From Candidatus Karelsulcia muelleri PSPU (GTDB lineage Bacteria > Bacteroidota > Bacteroidia > Flavobacteriales > Blattabacteriaceae): a DNA stretch of 32,000 nucleotides. The position numbers and the translations under genes were made by a program. The notes under the pieces are model-generated. The model saw only the letters and a list, made by a program, of their open reading frames with translations. It ran no database searches and was not told the origin of the DNA. The stretch covers positions 253,353-285,352 of the forward strand of contig NZ_AP013293.1 in NCBI RefSeq assembly GCF_000829155.1, in the 5' to 3' direction. Below are positions 19,860-30,277 of this stretch, one piece after another. Each line of letters opens with the position of its first letter. The first letter of the stretch is position 1.

Positions 19860-19920
19860 GAATTATACGTTATATTAATATAATTATAATTAATAAATTT
19901 TTTTTTAAGTAAATCATTAA

Positions 19921-21925
<2,005 letters not shown>

Positions 21926-21932
21926 AAAAAAA

Positions 21933-22352
21933 TTAATTAAAATTTGGAATTTTATTAAAAAATAAAATTCTATTATTTTTTTTATCTATTTTAAATATTA
22001 AATAATTTATATAATTAGTAATTATTAAATAATTACTTTTAAGAAAAAAAAAATATTTAATGATTTGATCAAATACTTTTTGTGAAAAAATACATGAAGA
22101 TTTACATTCAATAAGAATATAAGGTTTTTTTTTATTATAAACTATAATATCTATACGTTTTTTTACCTTATTAAATATAAAATATTTCTCTACAAAAATA
22201 GAAGAGATATCATATCCTTTATTTATAATTAAATGATATAATATATTTTGTCTAATAAATTCTTCTTTAGTAAAAATATAATATTTATTTCTAATAATAC
22301 AATAAATATATGTATTATTATTATAATATTTATAATAAAAATTATATTTCAT
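21933..22352 (-). CDS. HsdR N-terminal-like (PD-(D/E)XK) nuclease domain protein
   Basis: 139 aa: YYIFTKEEFIRQNILYHLIINKGYD...RIDIIVYNKKKPYILIECKSSCIFSQKVFDQIIKYFFFLKSNYLIITNYINYLIF. D...ECK nuclease core and DQI.Y/ITN pattern match the small 'type I restriction enzyme R N-terminal domain' proteins of Bacteroidetes. Confidence 0.75.
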   Translation of the reverse strand: MKYNFYYKYYNNNTYIYCIIRNKYYIFTKEEFIRQNILYHLIINKGYDISSIFVEKYFIFNKVKKRIDIIVYNKKKPYILIECKSSCIFSQKVFDQIIKYFFFLKSNYLIITNYINYLIFKIDKKNNRILFFNKIPNFN

Positions 22353-22360
22353 TTAAAAAA

Positions 22361-23318
22361 ATGTTCTTAACATATAAAAAAAAAATACTTCAAGATTTGA
22401 AGAATAAAAAAATAAAACCTATTTATTTTTTTATGGGAGAAGAAAGATATTTAATAGAAAATTTATCTAATTCAATTGAATTTTTTTTTTAAAAAAAAAA
22501 TTTTTAATAAAAAAATCATATATGGATATGATATAGATCTTAAAAATCTTATTTTTGTTGTAAAACAAATTCCTATACATATAGAAAATTTATACAATTT
22601 GATAATTGTAAAAGAAGCACAATATTTAGCATACAATATTGAAAATTTATATAAATTAATAATTAATAGTAATACTATTTTAATTATTTGTTATAATGAT
22701 AAAATTCTTGATAAGAACACAAAATTATATAATAAAATTAAAAATATTGGAACTATCTATAATAGTGTAAAATTAAAAAAAATAGAAATTTTTTATTTTA
22801 TTCAATATGAAATTGAAAAAATAGGATTTATTATTACTAATAATGCTATTAACCTTATAATAAAATATATAGGTAAAAATTTATATAAAATAAATAATGA
22901 AATAAAAAAAATTTTAATATTATTAAATGATAAAAAAAAAATAGATAAAAAATTTATAAAAAAAAATTTATTAAAAGATAATAATAAATATTCTAAATTA
23001 GAATTATATATAGTAAAAAAAGATTTATTTAAATCTTATAAAACAATTTTTAATTTAAAAAATGTAACAATTAGTATTGTATTAAATAGAATATATATTT
23101 TTTTTATTAAAATAATTAAATTTAATTTATTAAAATTAAATAATTTTAATTTTATTAAAAAAAAAAATATATATTTTAAAGCAATAAAAATTTATCCATT
23201 AAATAAAATAAAAAATATTATTTCATATATAAGAGAATCAGACACTAAAATAAAAAATTCTTCATTAAAAAATGAATATCTTATAAAAGAACTTTTGTCT
23301 AAAATATTTAATAATTAA
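22361..23318 (+). CDS. holA: DNA polymerase III subunit delta, interrupted by a +1 frameshift at a T10A10 tract (two ORF pieces: 22361-22492 and 22476-23318)
   Basis: Piece 1: MFLTYKKKILQDLKNKKIKPIYFFMGEERYLIENLSNSIEFFF*. Piece 2: ...NKKIIYGYDIDLKNLIFVVKQIPIHIENLYNLIIVKEAQYLAYNIENLYKLI..., matching consecutive parts of flavobacterial HolA. Confidence 0.8.
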
Positions 23319-23323
23319 TAAAT

Positions 23324-24253
23324 ATGGATAAAATCTATGATTGCATTATTATAGGATCAGGACCTGCTGGATATTCTTCTGCTATTTATATAGCTCGTGC
23401 AGATTTAAATCATATTTTATATACAGGTAATAAACCTGGTGGGCAACTTATAGAAACTAATGAAATAGAAAATTATCCTGGATTTCCTAAAGGAATAAAA
23501 GGTTATATTTTAATGAAAAAATTACAAAAACAAGCTGAAAGATTTGGCTCAAAAATAAAATTTAATTCTGTAAAAGATATAAATTTTTATAAAAAAAAAA
23601 CACATGAAATAATATTAGATAATAATGAAAAATTCAAAACTAAAACTATAATTATAGCAACAGGAGCATCTCCTAAATATCTAGATATAGATAATGAGAA
23701 ATCATTGATAGGACATGGAATATCTACATGTGCAACATGTGATGGATTTTTTTATAAAAAAACCAATGTGGCTATTATTGGAGGGGGGGATAAAGCTCTT
23801 GAAGAAGCTATTTATTTATCAAAAATATGTAATAAAATATATATTATAATTAGAAAAAATAAAATTAAAGCTTCTAAAATATTAGAAAATAAAATTTTAC
23901 AGATTAATAATATTAAATTATTATTTAATAATGAAGTTAAAAAAATAATAGGGTTAAAAACCCTAGAATATTTATTATGTAAAAATAATCTTTCTAATGA
24001 AGAAAAAAAAATAAATGTAAAAGCTATTTTTTTAGCTATAGGTAATAAACCTAATACTAATTTAGTAAAAAAAAAATTATATTTAGATTATAATGGTTAT
24101 ATAATAACAAAAAAAGGATCTACTAAAACCAATATACCTGGAGTATTTGCAGCAGGAGATGTTCAAGATCCAATATATAGGCAAGCTATTACATCAGCTG
24201 GTACAGGATGTATGGCCGCAATAGATGTGGAAAAATATTTAACTTTATTTTGA
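23324..24253 (+). CDS. trxB: Thioredoxin-disulfide reductase
   Basis: CIIIGSGPAGYSSAIYIARA, GISTCATCDGFFYKK (redox CxxC), GVFAAGDVQD; stop TGA. Confidence 0.96.
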   Translation: MDKIYDCIIIGSGPAGYSSAIYIARADLNHILYTGNKPGGQLIETNEIENYPGFPKGIKGYILMKKLQKQAERFGSKIKFNSVKDINFYKKKTHEIILDNNEKFKTKTIIIATGASPKYLDIDNEKSLIGHGISTCATCDGFFYKKTNVAIIGGGDKALEEAIYLSKICNKIYIIIRKNKIKASKILENKILQINNIKLLFNNEVKKIIGLKTLEYLLCKNNLSNEEKKINVKAIFLAIGNKPNTNLVKKKLYLDYNGYIITKKGSTKTNIPGVFAAGDVQDPIYRQAITSAGTGCMAAIDVEKYLTLF

Positions 24254-24990
24254 ATAAAAAAATACTTATTATTTATGGTATAAACCCTTTATATGAAGCA
24301 ATAAAATATAAAAAAAAAATTTATAAAATATTTATAATAAAAAATATTTATAATAATAATTATAAATTAAAAAAAATAATAGAATTTTCTAAAAAAAAAA
24401 AAATTAAAATTATTGAAAAAATAAATTTTAAAAAATTCATTAAAAAAAATCATCAAGGAGTATTTGCCTTTATTAATCCTATAAAATTCTCTAAAATAGA
24501 AAATATTATACCTAATATTTTTTTTTCTGGAAAAATACCATTGTTATTAATTTTAGATAGTATAACAGATGTTAGAAATTTTGGTTCTATTGTTAGAACT
24601 TCAGCTTGTACTGGTGTAGATGCTATTATTATTCATAATTACAATATAGTAAATAGTGATTCTATAAAAACATCATCAGGTGGGCTTTTTAAAGTACCAA
24701 TCTGTAAAGAAAATAATATAATTAAAATTATTAAATTTTTAAAAAATTCTGGAATACAAGTTATAGCTGTCACAGAAAAAACAAATTATATATGCTATAA
24801 TATTAATTATAGAAATCCTACAGCTTTTATATTAGGAAATGAAGAAAAGGGAATATCAAAAAATTATTTATCAATTTGTAATAATACCGTTAAATTACCT
24901 TTATTAAAAAATTCTTTATCATCTTTAAATGTTTCAGTAGCTTGTGGGGCAATTTTATATGAAGCAATTAGACAAAGAAGTTTATATTAA
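24250..24990 (+). CDS. rlmB: 23S rRNA (guanosine-2'-O-)-methyltransferase RlmB / TrmH family
   Basis: From a TTG start overlapping the trxB stop: [18 protein letters not shown]...[30 protein letters not shown]...[49 protein letters not shown] (SPOUT knot). Confidence 0.9.
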   Translation: MNKKILIIYGINPLYEAIKYKKKIYKIFIIKNIYNNNYKLKKIIEFSKKKKIKIIEKINFKKFIKKNHQGVFAFINPIKFSKIENIIPNIFFSGKIPLLLILDSITDVRNFGSIVRTSACTGVDAIIIHNYNIVNSDSIKTSSGGLFKVPICKENNIIKIIKFLKNSGIQVIAVTEKTNYICYNINYRNPTAFILGNEEKGISKNYLSICNNTVKLPLLKNSLSSLNVSVACGAILYEAIRQRSLY

Positions 24991-25967
24991 AATTCTTTTT
25001 TAAATTGTTCTAAAAATCTTAAATCATTTTCAAAAAAAAATCTAATATCATTTAGATGATAAATCATTAATGAAATACGTTCTATTCCCATACCAAAAGC
25101 AAAACCTGAATATAGATCAGGATCTATATTAACATTTTTTAAAACTATAGGATCTACCATCCCACATCCAATGATTTCAAGCCATTTATTATTCCATAAT
25201 ATATCTAATTCTGCACTTGGTTCTGTAAATGGAAAATAAGATGGTCTTAATCTAGTTATAGATTTACCAAAAAAATTTTTAATAAAAAAATTAATAGTAT
25301 TTTTTAAATCTTTAAATGAGACTTTTTTATCTAAATATAATCCTTCGATTTGATGAAACATACAATGAGAATATGAAGAAATATTTTCATTTCTATACAC
25401 CCTACCTGGTGAAATTATTCTTATAGGAGGTTTATTTTTTTCCAGATACCTTATCTGGACTGAAGATGTATGTGTTCTTAATAATTTAGAACTTTTTTTA
25501 ATAAAAAAAGTATCTTGCATTTCTCTAGCAGGATGATTATATGGAAAATTTAATGCTGTAAAATTATACCAATCATCTTCTATTTCTGGGCCTTCACAAA
25601 TTTTAAATCCTATTTTATTAAAAATATTTATAATTCTATTTTTTATTATAGAAATAGGATGTCTAGATCCTAGATATTTTTTATTACCAGGTTTTGTTAA
25701 ATCCTCTATATTATTATTAATATTTTTTTTTTTTAAAAAAAAATTTTTATAATATAAAAAAATATTTTTAATATTTTTTTTAAATGTATTAAGTGATAAT
25801 CCTATATTTTGTTTTTCATAATTATTAATATATTTAAATTCTTTAAAAAAAGAATTTAATATTCCTTTTTTACCTAAATATTTTATTCTAAATATTTCTA
25901 ATTCTGAAGCAGAATTAATATTAATTTTAGATAATTTTTTGTTTAAATTTTTAATCTTTTTTAACAT
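24987..25967 (-). CDS. pheS: Phenylalanine--tRNA ligase alpha subunit
   Basis: [113 protein letters not shown]. Confidence 0.97.
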   Translation of the reverse strand: MLKKIKNLNKKLSKININSASELEIFRIKYLGKKGILNSFFKEFKYINNYEKQNIGLSLNTFKKNIKNIFLYYKNFFLKKKNINNNIEDLTKPGNKKYLGSRHPISIIKNRIINIFNKIGFKICEGPEIEDDWYNFTALNFPYNHPAREMQDTFFIKKSSKLLRTHTSSVQIRYLEKNKPPIRIISPGRVYRNENISSYSHCMFHQIEGLYLDKKVSFKDLKNTINFFIKNFFGKSITRLRPSYFPFTEPSAELDILWNNKWLEIIGCGMVDPIVLKNVNIDPDLYSGFAFGMGIERISLMIYHLNDIRFFFENDLRFLEQFKKEF

Positions 25968-27220
25968 TAAATAAGTATATCAAATAAATCTGGGTTATCA
26001 TTAATATATTGATAATGTATATTATATTGTTTCATTTTTTTTATCATTCCTGAAAAATTTTCTTTATCTGATAATTCTATTCCTATTACAGCTGGACCTT
26101 CTTCTTTAGAAGTTTTTTTAGAATATTGAAAATATGTAATATCATCATTAGTACCTAAAATAGTACTTACAAATTCTTTAAGTGCTCCAGCACGTTGAGG
26201 AAATCTCACTATAAAATAATGTTTTAATCCTTTATAGATCAAAGATCTTTTTCTAATTTCTTCTGTTCTAATAATATCATTATTTCCTCCACTTAATATA
26301 CAAACTACATTTTTATTTATGATTTTATCATAATAAATATCTAATGCTGATATAGATAAAGCACCAGCAGGTTCAGCGACTATTGCTTCTAAATTATATA
26401 AATCAAGTATTGTTGTACAAACTTTTCCTTCATGTAAAGGTTTTATATCAAATAATACTTTTTTACAAATATTAAAATTTAATAATCCTACTTTTTTTAC
26501 AGATGCACCATCTATAAATCTATCTATATTTTTTAATTCAATTACTTTATTTTCAATAAATGAAAAACTCATAGAAGGCGCTCCTTTCGGTTCTACACCT
26601 ATTATTTTAGTATATGGACTTATATGATAAAAATAACTTCCTACTCCAGAAGCTAATCCACCACCTCCAACAGGAAGAAAAATATAATCTACCTTATCTT
26701 TCATTTGTTGTAAAATTTCTAATCCTACTGTTCCTTGTCCTTCTATAATTTTTTTATCATCAAATGGATGTATAAATTTTTTTTTTTTACAAGATTTAAA
26801 TGCTTTATAATTACATTCATCAAATGTATCTCCTGTTAATATAATCTTAATATATTGTTTTCCAAACATTTTAACTCTATCTATTTTTTGTTTTGGAGTA
26901 GTTATAGGCATATATATTGTTCCATAAATTTTTAATTTATTACATGAATAGGCTACACCTTGTGCATGATTACCAGCACTTGCACATACAATACCATTTT
27001 TAAGATCATCATTTGATATACTTTTAATTTTATTGTATGCACCTCTAATTTTATATGATCTGACTATTTGTAAATCTTCTCTTTTTAAGAAAATATTACA
27101 TTTATATTTTTCTGATAAAATATTATTTTTTTGTAAAGGAGTATTATAAATTATATCTTTTAAGATATATTTTGCTTCTATTATATCTTTAACTGATGGA
27201 AAATATTCGTTTGAATTCAC
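25967..27220 (-). CDS. ilvA: Threonine dehydratase (threonine ammonia-lyase)
   Basis: [20 protein letters not shown] (PLP Lys), [32 protein letters not shown]; C-terminal regulatory region present. Confidence 0.95.
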   Translation of the reverse strand: MNSNEYFPSVKDIIEAKYILKDIIYNTPLQKNNILSEKYKCNIFLKREDLQIVRSYKIRGAYNKIKSISNDDLKNGIVCASAGNHAQGVAYSCNKLKIYGTIYMPITTPKQKIDRVKMFGKQYIKIILTGDTFDECNYKAFKSCKKKKFIHPFDDKKIIEGQGTVGLEILQQMKDKVDYIFLPVGGGGLASGVGSYFYHISPYTKIIGVEPKGAPSMSFSFIENKVIELKNIDRFIDGASVKKVGLLNFNICKKVLFDIKPLHEGKVCTTILDLYNLEAIVAEPAGALSISALDIYYDKIINKNVVCILSGGNNDIIRTEEIRKRSLIYKGLKHYFIVRFPQRAGALKEFVSTILGTNDDITYFQYSKKTSKEEGPAVIGIELSDKENFSGMIKKMKQYNIHYQYINDNPDLFDILI

Positions 27221-27236
27221 TTCTTTATTTTAAGAA

Positions 27237-27271
27237 TTAGGCTTAAATTAAGTTATTAAAAATAAGCCTAA
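27237..27271 (-). terminator. Candidate hairpin (possible terminator or processing element) between ilvC and ilvA
   Basis: Perfect 9-bp inverted repeat TTAGGCTTA (27237-27245) / TAAGCCTAA (27263-27271), 17-nt loop, within the ilvC-ilvA intergenic gap; no clean U-tract downstream on the minus strand. Confidence 0.45.
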
Positions 27272-27279
27272 AATATTAA

Positions 27280-28314
27280 TTATGGTCTTAGTTTACGTAC
27301 TATTTTACCTGTTTTCCATAATTCACTTTCTTTTATTTCTTTTAATTCTTTTTTAAGATTTTTTCTATAATTTTTTTTACTATTTGATAGTATAGTTTTT
27401 TCAGCTTCTCTTCCTGAAGAAACTTCTTTATAAAGGTTGATAAATAGAGGTATATTAATATCTCTAAATGTTTTCCACCAATCTAAAGCCCCCCTTTGGG
27501 CAGTTGTAGAACAATTTTCATACATCCAATCCATTCCTTTTTCTGCTATTAAAGGCATAAGACTTTGTGTTAATTCTTCTACTGTTTCATTAAATGCTTC
27601 TGATGGAGAATGACCATTTTCTCTTAAAATTTTATATTGAGCAGAAAAAAGGCCTTGTATTGCTCCCATTAAAGAGCCTCTTTCTCCTGTTAAATCAGAA
27701 TAAACTTCTTTTTTAAATGTTGTTTCAAATAAAAAAGCTGATCCTATTCCCATTCCTATAGATAAAGCTCTTTTTTTTGCTTTTCCAGTATAATCTTGAT
27801 TAATAGCATAACTTGAATTAAGACCTTTTCCTTCTTTGAAAAGTCTTCTTAGACTAGTTCCTGAGCCTTTTGGAGCAACAAGAAATATATCTATATTTTT
27901 AGGAGTATAAATTTTTGTTTTTTTCTTAAAAGTTAATCCAAACCCATGTGAAAAGTATAAACCTTTTCCTGAAGACAAATATTTTTTTATTTTTGGCCAA
28001 ACTGCAATTTGCCCGGCGTCAGATAATAAAAACATTATTATTGTACTTTTTTCTACTCCTTCTTCTATAGAAAATAATGTTTTATTTTCTATCCAACCAT
28101 CTTTTAATGCATTATCCCATGACTTTGAGTTTTTTCTTTGTCCAACTATAACATTAAATTCATTATCACGTAAATTAAGTGCTTGTCCAGGACCTTGAAC
28201 GCCATAACCTAATACACATATAGTTTCATTTGAAAGAAATTTTCGAGCTTTTTTTAAAGAAAAATCTTTTCTTGTTATAATTTCTTCTTCAATTTTTCCA
28301 AATTTAAATTTCAT
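27280..28314 (-). CDS. ilvC: Ketol-acid reductoisomerase
   Basis: VLGYGVQGPGQALNLRDNEFNVIVGQRK, LVAPKGSGTSLRRLF, LTGERGSLMGAIQGLFSAQYKILRENGHSPSEAFNETVEELTQSLMPLI. Confidence 0.97.
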   Translation of the reverse strand: MKFKFGKIEEEIITRKDFSLKKARKFLSNETICVLGYGVQGPGQALNLRDNEFNVIVGQRKNSKSWDNALKDGWIENKTLFSIEEGVEKSTIIMFLLSDAGQIAVWPKIKKYLSSGKGLYFSHGFGLTFKKKTKIYTPKNIDIFLVAPKGSGTSLRRLFKEGKGLNSSYAINQDYTGKAKKRALSIGMGIGSAFLFETTFKKEVYSDLTGERGSLMGAIQGLFSAQYKILRENGHSPSEAFNETVEELTQSLMPLIAEKGMDWMYENCSTTAQRGALDWWKTFRDINIPLFINLYKEVSSGREAEKTILSNSKKNYRKNLKKELKEIKESELWKTGKIVRKLRP

Positions 28315-28338
28315 AAAAATTATTTTTTGTATAAAATT

Positions 28339-28584
28339 TTATTTATAATAATAAAAAAAAATTTTATTTATTCCTATAATTTTTTTTATTGGTTTAATAA
28401 TTTTATAAACTTTTTTTGTTTTAATTTCAAATTTTATTATGTAAAAATAATTAGTAAATAATTTTTTTTCTAATAAAGAAATTTTCTTAAAATTAATATT
28501 TCTTCTATTTAAAGTTAGAAGAATTCTTATTAAAGAACCTATTAAATTATCTGAAATAAGAATAATATGTAATTTTTTATTCAT
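28339..28584 (-). CDS. ilvN: Acetolactate synthase small subunit, reduced to roughly one ACT domain (81 aa)
   Basis: KLHIILISDNLIGSLIRILLTLNRRNINFKKISLLEKKLFTNYFYIIKFEIKTKKVYKIIKPIKKIIGINKIFFYY resembles the IlvN/IlvH N-terminal ACT domain; located between ilvB and ilvC. Confidence 0.8.
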   Translation of the reverse strand: MNKKLHIILISDNLIGSLIRILLTLNRRNINFKKISLLEKKLFTNYFYIIKFEIKTKKVYKIIKPIKKIIGINKIFFYYYK

Positions 28585-30274
28585 TAATTGATTTTAATCT
28601 AATCTTCTCTATAGAATTTCCAGGAGTAATCATCGGAAAAACCTTATATTCTTTTTCTATCATTATTTCAAGTATATATGTATTTTTGGTATTTAACAGA
28701 TCTTTAATATCTTGTTTTAAATATTTTCTATTAAGTATTTTTTTATACTTTATTCCATAAGAATAAAACATTTTAATAAAATCTGGATTTATAATTTTCG
28801 TAGAAGAATATCTTCTTTCAAAAAAAAATTCTTGCCATTGTCTCACCATTCCTAAATAATTATTATTTAATAATATAATTTTTATAGTAATATTATGCTG
28901 CATAATAGTTCCCAATTCTTGTAGAGTCATTTGAATTCCTCCATCTCCCACTATACATATTATTTGACAATTTTTTCCCCAAATTTTAGCTCCTATAGAG
29001 GCTGGTAAAGCAAATCCCATTGTTCCCAATCCACCAGAAGTAATTTGACTTTTTTTACAAGTAAAATTAAAATATCTAGAAGCAGACATTTGATGTTGTC
29101 CTACATCTGTTACTAAAACACTTTTTTTTTTTTTAAATAAATTAATATAATTAATAACTTCACCCATAGTGATACCTATATTATTAGTATAATAATCATT
29201 TTTTATTACTTTTTTTTCTTCTTTTTTTTTTAAAAAAAAAAAAAATTTTTTCCATTTTTTATTTTTTTTTATCTCTATTTTAGATAATAATAATTTTAAA
29301 ATTTTTTTACAATTTCCTAATAAAAATATATTTGTATTCATATTTTTATGAATTTCAGATTCATCTATATCTATATGAATAATATTAGATTTTTTAGCAT
29401 ATTTAGTTAGATCTCCTGTAACTCTATCATCAAAACGCATTCCTATTGCTATTATTACATCAGATTTATTAGTTAATATATTAGGTGCGTAATGCCCATG
29501 CATTCCTAACATGCCCATATTTAAAATATTTTCTGTTTTTAACGCACCTAATCCTAAAAGTGTACTAGCTGCAGGAATATTAGTTTTTTCTATAAATTCT
29601 TTTAATTCTTTTTCTGCATTAGCTAAAATAATTCCTTGCCCAATAATAATAAAAGGTTTACTAGAATTATTAATAATAGTAGCTGCTTTTTCTATTTTTT
29701 TTATATTTATTTTTTTTTTTTTTAAAAAAATATTCAAATATTTTTTATATTTGAAATTTGATAATTCTAATTGTGCATCCTTTGTAATATCTATTAAAAC
29801 TGGACCGGGTCTTCCAGATTGAGCTATAAAAAAACCTTTTGATAAAATATATGATATATCTTTAGCTTTTGTTACTTGATAATTCCATTTTGTAACAGGT
29901 ATTGAAATATCTATTATATCCGTTTCTTGAAAGGCATCAGTACCTAATAAATTAGATGAAACTTGTCCAGTAATGCATAGTATAGCTGTACTATCTATTA
30001 AAGAATCTGCTAAGCCAGTAATTAAATTTGTAGCTCCAGGACCTGAAGTAGTAAAACATACGCCTACTTTTCCACTAACTCTAGCATAACCTTGAGCGGC
30101 ATGTATAGCACCTTGTTCATGACGTGTTAAAATATGTGATATCTGTTTTATATAATAATATAATGCATCATATATCGGCATAATAGCTCCTCCAGGATAT
30201 CCAAATATATATTTAGTTTTTTCAAGAATAAGTGTTTTTATAATAATTTCTGATCCTTTAATATATTTATTCAT
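28577..30274 (-). CDS. ilvB: Acetolactate synthase large subunit
   Basis: YIFGYPGGAIMPIYDALYY, LTRHEQGAIHAAQGYAR, TSGPGATNLITGLADSL, GDGGIQMTLQELGTIMQHNI, NNNYLGMVRQWQEFFF (ThDP motifs). Confidence 0.97.
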   Translation of the reverse strand: MNKYIKGSEIIIKTLILEKTKYIFGYPGGAIMPIYDALYYYIKQISHILTRHEQGAIHAAQGYARVSGKVGVCFTTSGPGATNLITGLADSLIDSTAILCITGQVSSNLLGTDAFQETDIIDISIPVTKWNYQVTKAKDISYILSKGFFIAQSGRPGPVLIDITKDAQLELSNFKYKKYLNIFLKKKKINIKKIEKAATIINNSSKPFIIIGQGIILANAEKELKEFIEKTNIPAASTLLGLGALKTENILNMGMLGMHGHYAPNILTNKSDVIIAIGMRFDDRVTGDLTKYAKKSNIIHIDIDESEIHKNMNTNIFLLGNCKKILKLLLSKIEIKKNKKWKKFFFFLKKKEEKKVIKNDYYTNNIGITMGEVINYINLFKKKKSVLVTDVGQHQMSASRYFNFTCKKSQITSGGLGTMGFALPASIGAKIWGKNCQIICIVGDGGIQMTLQELGTIMQHNITIKIILLNNNYLGMVRQWQEFFFERRYSSTKIINPDFIKMFYSYGIKYKKILNRKYLKQDIKDLLNTKNTYILEIMIEKEYKVFPMITPGNSIEKIRLKSINE

Positions 30275-30277
30275 AAT

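Noticed and set aside
29511-29822. 103-aa plus-strand ORF antisense to ilvB
   Set aside because: Shadow ORF of conserved IlvB (Phe-rich stretch is the complement of a Lys-rich region).
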